Numbered from the stretch's first letter, positions 6,808 to 16,284 are shown. The stretch: 41,085 bases of DNA from Candidatus Woykebacteria bacterium RIFCSPLOWO2_01_FULL_43_14 (GCA_001816835.1 MHDB01000020.1:23523-64607), one strand, 5' to 3'. Notes: generated by a model from the sequence alone, not told the origin. Made by a program: numbers and translations.

Positions 6808-9420
6808 TTACGGTTTGGTGGGGAAAACTACTTCTCCCTCAATCTTCTGAGTTTCATTACTATTTGGTGGTTCTGCCCCAATGGTGCTAATTGTACTCTC
6901 AATTTGTCTATCCGTAGGCAACGTCGACGTCACTTCGTTTTCCCCCTCAACTGGGGCTTCAGCAACTACTGTAGGTGCCTCAGGTAAAACAGCCCAGGCA
7001 GGTGGAACAGGCGGCTGACCTGGTCGGAATTTGGTCTCAACCCACCGTTTGATAGTAAAATCAACCTTCTCCAGATCCCGACTGTACTTAGCTCTTGAAG
7101 CGCTTATAGCTTTTTCTTTTTGACCAGTGGTATCAGTATAGGGTGCCAAAGAACGGGCGCTGAAAGGCTGGGAGCTGGAATCGTTTATTTGCAGCTTAAG
7201 GTACATCTCAAACCTCCCCAGGTTAATAAGATCCATCGCCAGGAAAGTAGGCGCAAACTCCTTTTCCAAGAAGTAGGCATCTGTCGGACCAACCCCAAAA
7301 CAGACCAAGGTTCCGATGTTACCAAAAACCGCTTCCTTGACCTTTTCAGGCATCTGTTCGATATATTGGTGAGTAAGCGTCAAATTAAGCCTATACTTTC
7401 GCGCTTCGGACAAGATATTGGCAAAAGAGTCCGTGGCAAACTTCTGAAACTCGTCGGCATAGACATAGAAATCTTTTCTCTCCGCCTCAGGGATATCTAC
7501 TCTTCTCATAGCCGCAAATTGCAGTTGGGATATTACCATGGCTCCAAGCAATGAAGCATTGTTTTCACCAATACGACCTGTCGCTAGGTTTACGAAGAAG
7601 ATTTTCTTGTTATTAATTATCTCGTCTATCCTAATAGTACTCTTAGGCTGACCGACGATGTTACGAATCGTGGAAGCATTTAGGAATTGACCTACTTTAT
7701 TCTGAATTGGGGATATAGCTTCAGTTAAAAGCTTTTGGTTTCCCTTCATAGTCTTGAACTCTTTGTTCCAAAAATCCTTCATTACAGGATCGGAAATCAT
7801 GCTCACGATATAGTTTTGGTAATCTTGGTCTGTCAATAAACGGACAATCGACAAAAGTGAGGTGTGAGGGACTTCCAGCAAAGTCAAAATCGAATTCATT
7901 AATAGGTACTCAAGTCGGGGTCCCCAGCTCTCAGCGAAATACTTCTTAAAAACGTCTAGTAGTCCTGAAGCGATAAGGTTGCGCTGCCGAGGATCAACAA
8001 CCTCCAGCATATTCAAGGCCACTGGGTGATCAGCGTCTGCTGGATTAAAAATAACTACGTCATCTAACCGATTCTCGGGTACAAACTCCAGCAAGGCATC
8101 TATTAGGTCGCCATGAGGATCAAGTATGGCTACTCCCTCACCATTTTTCATATCTGAAATAATCATGTTTTTGATCAGGGTCGACTTACCACTTCCTGTC
8201 TTACCTATCAAGTACATGTGCTTACGCCGATCGGGCCTCTGAATACCAAACTTCACTCTGGCCTCTCGAAAGATAGTTTCGGCGAAATAAGTACAATCAG
8301 TTGTGGGAAGACTGAGTGGGGGCTCACCTTTTTTGGCCCGAGTCCAGGCGATCGCGGGTGTCTCTACCGAGATATTAGGTAAGTGCCAGATAGATGCGAG
8401 CTCCTCTATATTCAAGATGAAATTCCCCGTCTCCCCCATACCAAAGGTACGACTTCGGAATTTGCTAAGTAGTGATTCATCGTCGCTAGAATTAGTATAA
8501 TCAGCCACAAAATTATTTAAGCTTGCGGTGGAAAACTGTTTAAACGATCCTACGGCTGACTTGAGACGGTTTTCAGAGGTCGCTTTGCTATCAGAAAACG
8601 CAACACAACGAACTTTTACTTCGAACCCCATTTTACTAAGTTTGTTCTCGATCAGTTTGAGATCCAACTCTTGACCAGCAGATAGTTGGACACGCAGGGC
8701 AGGACCTGGTTTTGCAGGTAGCTGGGGGCCTCTAGCGATTTGCCCAGGTATCTCTATGATGTGGGAAAAAATGTTTCGGCTGATTTCTTTAGCTATCTCC
8801 TTAGGCGCAAAGCTAACAGGGTGTTCCCCAGCCCGGACCACTTCGACATACTTATGTCCCCTCTCTTGCCATATATCCTCTAACGGGCGGACCAACACCT
8901 GCAGCCATACTTGTTCGTTATTGCTGATATTTCCGAGAGCACCGGTCACCCCGGCAAGCGGATCTACTTCAAAATCCCGAAAGGTTTTAATCGGAAAAAT
9001 AGAGTCTTTTCCCAACGTAATTTCGCACGCGGCGTACTTCATACCGCTTACTTTGTGAGTGTAATCTTCTACTTCGCGAATTTCCGCAGCAGGATATTGA
9101 GCATAAATCTGCCCTTCAACGAAGTTCTTAAACTGTTTTGGGATAAAGGCATAAAAACGGATTCCGTCTGGGGTAGAGGCTATCTCCAAACTTAAGTGTT
9201 CTTGGATTCCGGGGGTAAAACGCAGAAGACCGTGCAATGAGGCAAACATCTGCTCAGCAGAAATGGGAGTCTTCTCGTTCTCCTTTGGCAATTCGATGGC
9301 GAGTAACACCCCTTCTGTTGGTTGCTCAACAGCCTTGGTAGTTTCTAATTTTTTTGCGGCTCTGTAGGCAAAAAAGAATGATAAAGCCAGCATTACCACA
9401 ATTCCTAAGATTAAATACAT
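6808..9420 (-). CDS. Membrane-anchored VirD4/TraD-like (FtsK/HerA-superfamily) P-loop ATPase
   Basis: 870 aa with an N-terminal TM helix (MYLILGIVVMLALSFFFAY) and an uncharacterised domain of about 390 aa. Walker A is LIGKTGSGKSTL and Walker B-like is FYVYADEFQKF. The segment LTLTHQYIEQM...GNIGTLVCFGVG resembles coupling-protein/TraD C-terminal regions. The tail is Pro-rich. Confidence 0.7.
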   Translation of the reverse strand: MYLILGIVVMLALSFFFAYRAAKKLETTKAVEQPTEGVLLAIELPKENEKTPISAEQMFASLHGLLRFTPGIQEHLSLEIASTPDGIRFYAFIPKQFKNFVEGQIYAQYPAAEIREVEDYTHKVSGMKYAACEITLGKDSIFPIKTFRDFEVDPLAGVTGALGNISNNEQVWLQVLVRPLEDIWQERGHKYVEVVRAGEHPVSFAPKEIAKEISRNIFSHIIEIPGQIARGPQLPAKPGPALRVQLSAGQELDLKLIENKLSKMGFEVKVRCVAFSDSKATSENRLKSAVGSFKQFSTASLNNFVADYTNSSDDESLLSKFRSRTFGMGETGNFILNIEELASIWHLPNISVETPAIAWTRAKKGEPPLSLPTTDCTYFAETIFREARVKFGIQRPDRRKHMYLIGKTGSGKSTLIKNMIISDMKNGEGVAILDPHGDLIDALLEFVPENRLDDVVIFNPADADHPVALNMLEVVDPRQRNLIASGLLDVFKKYFAESWGPRLEYLLMNSILTLLEVPHTSLLSIVRLLTDQDYQNYIVSMISDPVMKDFWNKEFKTMKGNQKLLTEAISPIQNKVGQFLNASTIRNIVGQPKSTIRIDEIINNKKIFFVNLATGRIGENNASLLGAMVISQLQFAAMRRVDIPEAERKDFYVYADEFQKFATDSFANILSEARKYRLNLTLTHQYIEQMPEKVKEAVFGNIGTLVCFGVGPTDAYFLEKEFAPTFLAMDLINLGRFEMYLKLQINDSSSQPFSARSLAPYTDTTGQKEKAISASRAKYSRDLEKVDFTIKRWVETKFRPGQPPVPPAWAVLPEAPTVVAEAPVEGENEVTSTLPTDRQIESTISTIGAEPPNSNETQKIEGEVVFPTKP

Positions 9421-9485
9421 TTTCTCTCTGTGGAGTGGTAGGATCTATCCCCTCACGCTCCGCGAGGAGCCTACTTATTGACCTA

Positions 9486-9514
9486 ATGATACTCCCATAC
9501 AATATTAGTGTCAA
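9486..9514 (-). promoter_or_regulatory. Promoter of the ATPase operon
   Basis: On the minus strand: TTGACA (9514-9509), 17-nt spacer, TATCAT (9491-9486). This predicts a leader of about 60 nt containing a GCUCC-UCGC-GGAGC hairpin (9470-9457). Confidence 0.6.
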
Positions 9515-9529
9515 CAAACCTGACAAGTA

Positions 9530-9667
9530 GTCGAAACCACACTTCGCCCCGTACCATACGGTACAGGGCTTCGCGGAGAGCCCTGACTGCCGGCAGGCAG
9601 GTTCGCATGGTTGGCCTAATGCACATCCCCCTTCGCAGGTAGCTTCGGAGGGATTGCGCTGAAGCGC
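9530..9667. repeat. G+C-rich multi-hairpin repeat element (family shared with 26626-26730)
   Basis: Five consecutive GC-rich hairpins. Blocks shared with the 26.6-kb copy are GCGC-TTCA-GCGC (9656-9667), AGGCCAACCATGCGAAC (9600-9617), CTCTCCGCGAAG (within 9566-9583) and GGCGAAGTGTGGTTT (9532-9550), all read on the minus strand. Confidence 0.6.
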
Positions 9668-9699
9668 AAAAAGAAACCCCTGGTGTAATCCACCAAGGG
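9668..9699 (-). terminator. Intrinsic terminator of purC
   Basis: On the minus strand, CCCUUGGUG-GAUUA-CACCAGGGG (9-bp stem) starts right after the stop and is followed by UUUCUUUUU. Confidence 0.75.
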
Positions 9700-10689
9700 T
9701 CAAACAAGTACTAGTTCTATATCGGTAAGTCTGCTTAAAGCCTCTATGTACTTAGAGATGGTCTGAACGACTACCTCATCAGGTAACGTAGGCATGGGCG
9801 GAGTTCTGTCCCAACCAAGCCGACTCAAAAAATCTCTCACGAATTGCTTATCATAGCTTGGAGGAGAGGTCCCTGGCTGGTAATCCACCGGCCAAAAACG
9901 GCTGCTGTCAGGGGTAAAAAACTCATCTACCAAAATCAAATGTCTATGGACCCCAAAAACCGGAGTTGACTCCCACCCAGGGGTTAACCCAAACTCCATT
10001 TTAGTATCGGCAATGTTAATGCCTCTTTGCGACGCGTACCTAGTACATCCTTCTACCAACTCAAGGCCAATCCTTCTAATGGCTGCACTTAACCTAACAC
10101 CTTTATAAGTGGGGATGCTGTGCATTTCTTTTAGAATTCCAGGCACACGACTTGGATGAACATTCTGATCGTGACCACTATCAGCTTTAGTCGAAGGGGT
10201 GTAAATAGGGTTGGTAAACTGATCGCCTTCCACCATCCCCTTTCTCACTCTCATGCCACAAACAGTACCTTTCTTTCTATACTCAATTAAAGCCGAACCA
10301 GTAAGAAGGTTACGGAAAATGGCTTCTATTTTCAGAACCGGGGCTACTCTCCTCACTATCGAGGTTCGCCAGGCCAAATCCGGATGGTAATCTCCATCCC
10401 CTTTCAGGACTCTGACAAAGTGGGTCGCGACATCGTTCCTTGCCTTACCAAACCAAAATGCTGACATTAGATTCAGGACCACTCCCTTACCTGGAATTGG
10501 TTGACTCGATACCACATCAAAGGCGCTTAGCCGATCGGTACACACCATATGGTAGTAATCGGGGTCGCCATCAACCTCATAAGTCTCTCTTACCTTACCT
10601 ATGTGTACCAAGCGCCAGGTGGAAGGGACAATATCTCGAACAGTGTATCGAGGCGTCGCTGGAATCCTCGCAATAGTCAAGTTACTCAC
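9700..10689 (-). CDS. purC: Phosphoribosylaminoimidazole-succinocarboxamide (SAICAR) synthase, long form
   Basis: GKVRETYEV...MVCTDRLSAFDVV...IPGKGVVLN..FWF, ADTKMEFG and LVDEFFTPDSSRFW are PurC signatures. The GTG start overlaps the purE-like stop (GTGAGTAA). Visibly higher G+C than neighbouring genes. Confidence 0.88.
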   Translation of the reverse strand: MSNLTIARIPATPRYTVRDIVPSTWRLVHIGKVRETYEVDGDPDYYHMVCTDRLSAFDVVSSQPIPGKGVVLNLMSAFWFGKARNDVATHFVRVLKGDGDYHPDLAWRTSIVRRVAPVLKIEAIFRNLLTGSALIEYRKKGTVCGMRVRKGMVEGDQFTNPIYTPSTKADSGHDQNVHPSRVPGILKEMHSIPTYKGVRLSAAIRRIGLELVEGCTRYASQRGINIADTKMEFGLTPGWESTPVFGVHRHLILVDEFFTPDSSRFWPVDYQPGTSPPSYDKQFVRDFLSRLGWDRTPPMPTLPDEVVVQTISKYIEALSRLTDIELVLV

Positions 10690-11302
10690 CTACCGCTGCA
10701 AAGGCGTGGCCAATGACTTTTGCCTTCCTAGTTGGTTCTGGTAAGTGTCCAAGAACCCACGCATGAATCTCATCCTGGTCACTCAAAGCAGCCCTCACAC
10801 GCTCCGCGAAATTTGACCAAGACTCATCCTCCGCTTTGACTGAAATAGTTCCCGCCAAATCACTCGGCAAGACAGTCATCGCCTCAACCGCGATCCTCCG
10901 CAGCTCTGGTGTATCCCCAAGACCAACCCCAAAGATCGGGATCGTTTTACCTAAAGAGTTTAGCCATGCCCGCAGCATCGCCGGTAGTTGGAGGGACAAA
11001 CCCCCGGCTGCAACTACACAGGTGTTTACTGGTAGCGCACAGGCAAGGGCAAAAAGCAGAGCGGGATGACGATGGGCGCTCATAATCACAGTCACTTTTA
11101 TCTCTTGCAACAACAAGCGACTCAGCTCTTCCACTCTAGGTAGATCACTCTCACTACCTAAAAGTAGTATCAACCGTGAGTCAGGTAAAACGCTCCGCAA
11201 ATGCTCTAAGAATCTACCGTCCGACTCTGCACACAGAACAAGCTCATAAACTTGGGCGACATACGGAGGTTGATACATTACCCCGCTAAATTGACCACTC
11301 AT
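10682..11302 (-). CDS. purE: PurE-like (AIR carboxylase / N5-CAIR mutase fold) protein, divergent
   Basis: LLLGSESDLP, VIMSAHRHP, VVAAGGLSLQLPAML and PIFGVGLG parallel the PurE motifs GSxSD, SAHR(T)P, AGGAAHLPG and PViGVP. The ATG at 11302 (MSGQFSG) has a GGGAAGGGAAGAG SD. The track ORF begins at a TTG at 11338. It has an N-terminal extension of about 45 aa relative to typical PurE. Confidence 0.6.
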   Translation of the reverse strand: MSGQFSGVMYQPPYVAQVYELVLCAESDGRFLEHLRSVLPDSRLILLLGSESDLPRVEELSRLLLQEIKVTVIMSAHRHPALLFALACALPVNTCVVAAGGLSLQLPAMLRAWLNSLGKTIPIFGVGLGDTPELRRIAVEAMTVLPSDLAGTISVKAEDESWSNFAERVRAALSDQDEIHAWVLGHLPEPTRKAKVIGHAFAAVGE

Positions 11303-11458
11303 AGCTCTTCCCTTCCCAGTTATTTCTGTCCAAAACAAACCCAGTTGTCCCGACAGTTGTAAACAATACTATCAGCATTATTGGTTTAGTGCAAACCTTA
11401 AATTTGACATTTGGCTCTATTGATGCTATACTAATAAGCGATCTCTCTCCTTTCTTCC

Positions 11459-11486
11459 GGAATGGGGCCAAAATTAGTCCCATTCC
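11459..11486 (+). repeat. Hairpin with conserved 12-nt loop GCCAAAATTAGT (second copy at 22808-22839, opposite strand)
   Basis: GGAATGGG-GCCAAAATTAGT-CCCATTCC. The same loop is closed by a different stem (GAGTG/CACTC) at 22.8 kb. Confidence 0.5.
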
Positions 11487-11491
11487 AAGGT

Positions 11492-11515
11492 AAAAGGCCC
11501 CGCAAGGGGCCTTTT
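11492..11515 (-). terminator. Bidirectional intrinsic terminator (ends the LCP operon)
   Basis: AAAAGGCCCC-GCAA-GGGGCCTTTT: a perfect 6-bp GC stem with a GNRA-type loop and A/T runs on both sides. Confidence 0.8.
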
Positions 11516-11551
11516 ACTGTTGTATGCCAAAATATTTAAATCTTGACTAAA

Positions 11552-12607
11552 TCATTTATCCTTTCCACTGAGCTTTTGATAGTAATCCAATCCGACTACG
11601 ACTACTATATCGCCTCTTTTGCCTTCTTCCGGAGTTCGCGTAACCACTTCTCCGTCAAAAAGGTAAGCAAGTCGAGCAGAAGTCTTAGGCTTAGAATTGT
11701 AATCGATGATCAAGGTTTTCCCAACATTATCTAATTCCGCGTTATCGACAGCGACCACCTCTACACCTAAATTGGAAACAAGCCGGCTAGCCCGAGTAGC
11801 TAAACCTGGCTTACCTGTACCATTTCTTATCTCCACCCTACTCGCTTCTTTTTCTATCTCCGGATCGTTAAACACAGATGATACAAAGTTGTCAAATTGG
11901 TCCCTTTGCAAAACCATATGGTCTAAACCCTGATCCTTAGTTTGTTGATAATAATCTGGTCCCAGCTCAACGTAGTTATATTTATCACTTCGGACTTGCC
12001 ACAACTTCTGATAGACCTTGAACAGCTTGGACAAAGGGATATTTGTTCGACTATCCTCACTCAGAAAGTTCCCCAGTCTGAATATTTTCCAAAGATTACC
12101 TAACCCAGTAAGCTCCTTCTTAAGCCCTAAGAGTCTGTCTTTTTCCAGCCTCTCTTCATCTAAATAGAAATATCCGTCTAGGGGCAACCCTAATGTATCC
12201 GCGACGGACTCATAGAAAATATCAATCCCTTTTGGATCCACCTGAAAATCACCCTTGCTAAAGGCAGAGCAAAGGCAGTCAGAACCAAAGCCGTAGGCCA
12301 GATTGGTATAAATATTGGGATTAACTGAAACAAAATCCACTTCTTGCTCTTCGGGGTCGAAGGTGGCAATGACCAACTTATTGACTTGTCTAGCCTCACT
12401 CAAACTAAAAAGTAGATAGTTAGCCCGCCTAGAGGGGTTAAAAGACCCTTCTCTTACTTCTGTACTGTCGTAACCAAAAATTGCCTGGGTAAAGAACTTA
12501 TTTATATTAGAAATGTTTAGAACTAAATTAAAAATGGCAAAAGCACACGCTACTACCAGGAAATAAAAAAGTTTGGTTTTATTCCCTGTTCTGGATAGGC
12601 CAAACAT
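11552..12607 (-). CDS. LCP (LytR-CpsA-Psr) family protein with a C-terminal LytR_C domain
   Basis: N-terminal TM anchor and a divergent LCP core (VIATFDPEEQEVDFVSVNPNIY...GLPLDGYFYLD). The C-terminus VEIRNGTGKPGLATRASRLVSNLGVEVVAVDNAE...LIIDYNSK..SARLAYLF is typical of LytR_C. Confidence 0.7.
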   Translation of the reverse strand: MFGLSRTGNKTKLFYFLVVACAFAIFNLVLNISNINKFFTQAIFGYDSTEVREGSFNPSRRANYLLFSLSEARQVNKLVIATFDPEEQEVDFVSVNPNIYTNLAYGFGSDCLCSAFSKGDFQVDPKGIDIFYESVADTLGLPLDGYFYLDEERLEKDRLLGLKKELTGLGNLWKIFRLGNFLSEDSRTNIPLSKLFKVYQKLWQVRSDKYNYVELGPDYYQQTKDQGLDHMVLQRDQFDNFVSSVFNDPEIEKEASRVEIRNGTGKPGLATRASRLVSNLGVEVVAVDNAELDNVGKTLIIDYNSKPKTSARLAYLFDGEVVTRTPEEGKRGDIVVVVGLDYYQKLSGKDK

Positions 12608-12618
12608 AGGTGGAAAAC

Positions 12619-12837
12619 TTAGCTAGGAGTTTTGCCAGTTAGTTTTAGGGCCAAATAAACTATGGCAAAAACGCCAAAAACAAAAGCGAATATATCTTGA
12701 TCTATCGGAACAATAATCAGCTTAAGGGTGGAAACAATTAGCCCAAGCAACATGACTACGAAAACAACATCTAAAAACTTACTATACGATGGGGACATTG
12801 GAAAAGGGGTGCTCGATCGGGATTTGGCAGATTTCAT
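12619..12837 (-). CDS. Small two-TM membrane protein, hypothetical
   Basis: 72 aa. AGGAGGA SD upstream. Two hydrophobic helices. Confidence 0.5.
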   Translation of the reverse strand: MKSAKSRSSTPFPMSPSYSKFLDVVFVVMLLGLIVSTLKLIIVPIDQDIFAFVFGVFAIVYLALKLTGKTPS

Positions 12838-12920
12838 TTATAAGTATCCTCCTATTGTTACAACATAACACAGCTATTATTAAGTATCAAGTACCGCAAT
12901 ATTTCTCAAGTAAACAGCTC

Positions 12921-14156
<1,236 letters not shown>

Positions 14157-14190
14157 CTAACAGTTTGGGTGATAAAGACCAAAATGGTTA

Positions 14191-14538
14191 TTACTTTTGT
14201 CGAACTTTGGAAAAAATAGGCGTCGTGGAAATTCTAGTCAATAGCTCAAAGTCATCGTCCCCTGCAATACGATTGTACCGCTCAAATCCGCACTGCTCAC
14301 ACTTATGTACAACCACATACTCCCCACTCCGTCTAGTAAAAACGCCAATTGGTTTCATTAAGCCGCCGCAATCGCTTAATCTATCCCCAGGAACGTCGCC
14401 ATCAACATGTTTGGAATATAAACAATGGGGGCAATGGTTTCGATAACTCCCTCCATATTTGATTTGCTCAACACTCTTAGTACAGTTTCCACAAACAAAA
14501 GTTTCATTTCTGGCAATAAAGTTTTTTTTGATATTCAT
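14191..14538 (-). CDS. RNHCP domain zinc-ribbon protein
   Basis: The literal YRNHCPHCLYSKHVD motif plus flanking CxxC pairs (CGNC, CEQC). Confidence 0.75.
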   Translation of the reverse strand: MNIKKNFIARNETFVCGNCTKSVEQIKYGGSYRNHCPHCLYSKHVDGDVPGDRLSDCGGLMKPIGVFTRRSGEYVVVHKCEQCGFERYNRIAGDDDFELLTRISTTPIFSKVRQK

Positions 14539-14547
14539 GTCTTTATT

Positions 14548-16245
14548 TTAGAGGTAGTGGTCAAGCACTCTTTCTTGGAGATGCTCTATTTCTCGCTGTC
14601 TTACTTTACGCAAATCTTTTTTGTCTTCCACCTTACCTAGAATAATGTTAGCTAAGTGCTCGCCACCCGAGATATGCGGTATCACCACATAATCAGCTCC
14701 CTGAGCATATAGGGCTAGAGCGTCCTTTTCCTCCTGCGCAGTCAATATCACCATTATCTTAGGGTTCAGTATTTTGGAATCTTTAAGGAGGGCAAGATTT
14801 TCTTCCAACTTTTCAATGGTTGAAACCACCATCTTGGCGTGCTCAAGACTTAAGTGTTCTAACACTTCCGGGTCAGAGGCATCACCGAAAAAAGCTTTTA
14901 AACCACGCTCCTCCAATCTCTTCACAATCTCGGGATCAAAATCTAGCACTACGAAATTAAGTTCCGCCGTACTAAAAGCCTTAAGTAAGCTGTTGCCCAT
15001 CCGTCTGCACCCCACCAAAACAATATGGTCCTTTAACACCTCATTACCTATTGGGGTTAACCCATGGGCCCCTACTTTCTCAAAGTTCTTGAGTAGCGGA
15101 GAAAGTCTATAATAAAGCCTCCGGGCGTTAGATATTGCGTATGAAGAAACAGAAATAGTAATCAAGCCAACCAAGGTAACAAGTGCAACGATGTCTGTTC
15201 CTAAGTGCCCAAGTTTAACCCCAAGGGCCACGATAATTAAAGAGAATTCAGACACCTGTCCCACAGTGATACTGGTCAAAAAAGACGTCCGATTCCGAAA
15301 GTCCATATTCCGCATGATAAACATCACGATCAGTGACTTGCCCACCAAAACAAGCACTGAGAATAAAATTACCGGCACCACGTAATTAGCGATCTCGCCT
15401 AAATTAATACTCAAACCCAAAACAACAAAAAATATCACAATAAAAAGGTCTCGAAGAGGTCTAATTTTGGCACTAATTTGCCAATTATGAGCCGAAGTTG
15501 CGAGTGCCAACCCAGCCAAGAAAGAACCTATCTCAACTGAAAAACCCAGATACCTAGCCAAAGAAGCCCACATAAAACACCAGGTCAAGGCACCTAAGAA
15601 AAGTAGCTCGTTATTATGGGCAAATCTGGTAAATATAGGTGGGATAAGCCGCTTTGAAAAAAGAAGGGTTAAGTACAAAAGGAAAACACCCTTCACTAAA
15701 ATCCAAGGGAAGGTAAAGATATTTACTGATTGACCACTTTCGAACCCAGACAAGAATATGAGTATTAAAAGGGCGACGAAGTCTTGGACAAGTAGAAACC
15801 CAATGGCCACTCGACCGTGCAAAGAATTAGTCTCGTTCTTTTCTGATAAAAGTTTGACCACGATTATGGTACTACTGAAAGCCAGGGCAAGCGCCAAATA
15901 AATCGAAACTACCAGGTTAAACCCCAAAACTAAGGCAATCAGTAGTCCAGTTAAGGTACTAAAAGCCATCTGACCTAGGCCCGTGTACAAGGATACTTTA
16001 CCAACGCTTTTTAGTTGCCTAACTGAGAGCTCAATCCCAACCAGAAACAACAAAAATGTAACACCAATCTCCCCAAGCAAGGCAAAAAAGTCTTTGTGCT
16101 CAGGACGGATCACCCCTATCAATGCAAGAAGCAAACCAGCGAAAATGTAGGCGATAACTAAGGGTTGCTTGAGAATCCTAGCGAGAACTCCTAAAGCAGT
16201 AGCGGATAGTAAGACTAGTCCAATTTCTAAAAATAGTGTATCCAT
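14548..16245 (-). CDS. Cation:proton antiporter (CPA2/Kef-type) with a C-terminal TrkA-N (RCK) domain
   Basis: A membrane domain of about 12 TM helices followed by HIVLVGCRRMGNSLLKAF...VVLDFDPE (a Rossmann GxGxxG-like RCK domain). Confidence 0.85.
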   Translation of the reverse strand: MDTLFLEIGLVLLSATALGVLARILKQPLVIAYIFAGLLLALIGVIRPEHKDFFALLGEIGVTFLLFLVGIELSVRQLKSVGKVSLYTGLGQMAFSTLTGLLIALVLGFNLVVSIYLALALAFSSTIIVVKLLSEKNETNSLHGRVAIGFLLVQDFVALLILIFLSGFESGQSVNIFTFPWILVKGVFLLYLTLLFSKRLIPPIFTRFAHNNELLFLGALTWCFMWASLARYLGFSVEIGSFLAGLALATSAHNWQISAKIRPLRDLFIVIFFVVLGLSINLGEIANYVVPVILFSVLVLVGKSLIVMFIMRNMDFRNRTSFLTSITVGQVSEFSLIIVALGVKLGHLGTDIVALVTLVGLITISVSSYAISNARRLYYRLSPLLKNFEKVGAHGLTPIGNEVLKDHIVLVGCRRMGNSLLKAFSTAELNFVVLDFDPEIVKRLEERGLKAFFGDASDPEVLEHLSLEHAKMVVSTIEKLEENLALLKDSKILNPKIMVILTAQEEKDALALYAQGADYVVIPHISGGEHLANIILGKVEDKKDLRKVRQREIEHLQERVLDHYL

Positions 16246-16284
16246 CTGGCAGTTCTAAATTATCTTAGGCAAAGAAATTCTAAT

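Noticed and set aside
9326-9707. Track ORFs 9326..9703 (125 aa) and 9483..9707 (74 aa) on the minus strand
   Set aside because: They lie across the purC terminator, the GC-rich hairpin repeat and the ATPase promoter and leader. Their composition is Cys/Arg/Gly-rich, as expected from translating GC-rich hairpins. There is no SD or promoter logic. I treat them as spurious.
11286-11483. Track ORF 11286..11483 (65 aa) upstream of the purE-like gene
   Set aside because: It overlaps the purE-like promoter, SD and start region and the conserved-loop hairpin. It has no SD and an implausible composition.
15461-15476. Third occurrence of GCCAAAATTAG (reverse complement TCTAATTTTGGCAC) inside the antiporter gene
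   Set aside because: It lies in a coding sequence (…SAKIRPL…) with no flanking stem. It is an 11-nt match only, so most likely coincidental.
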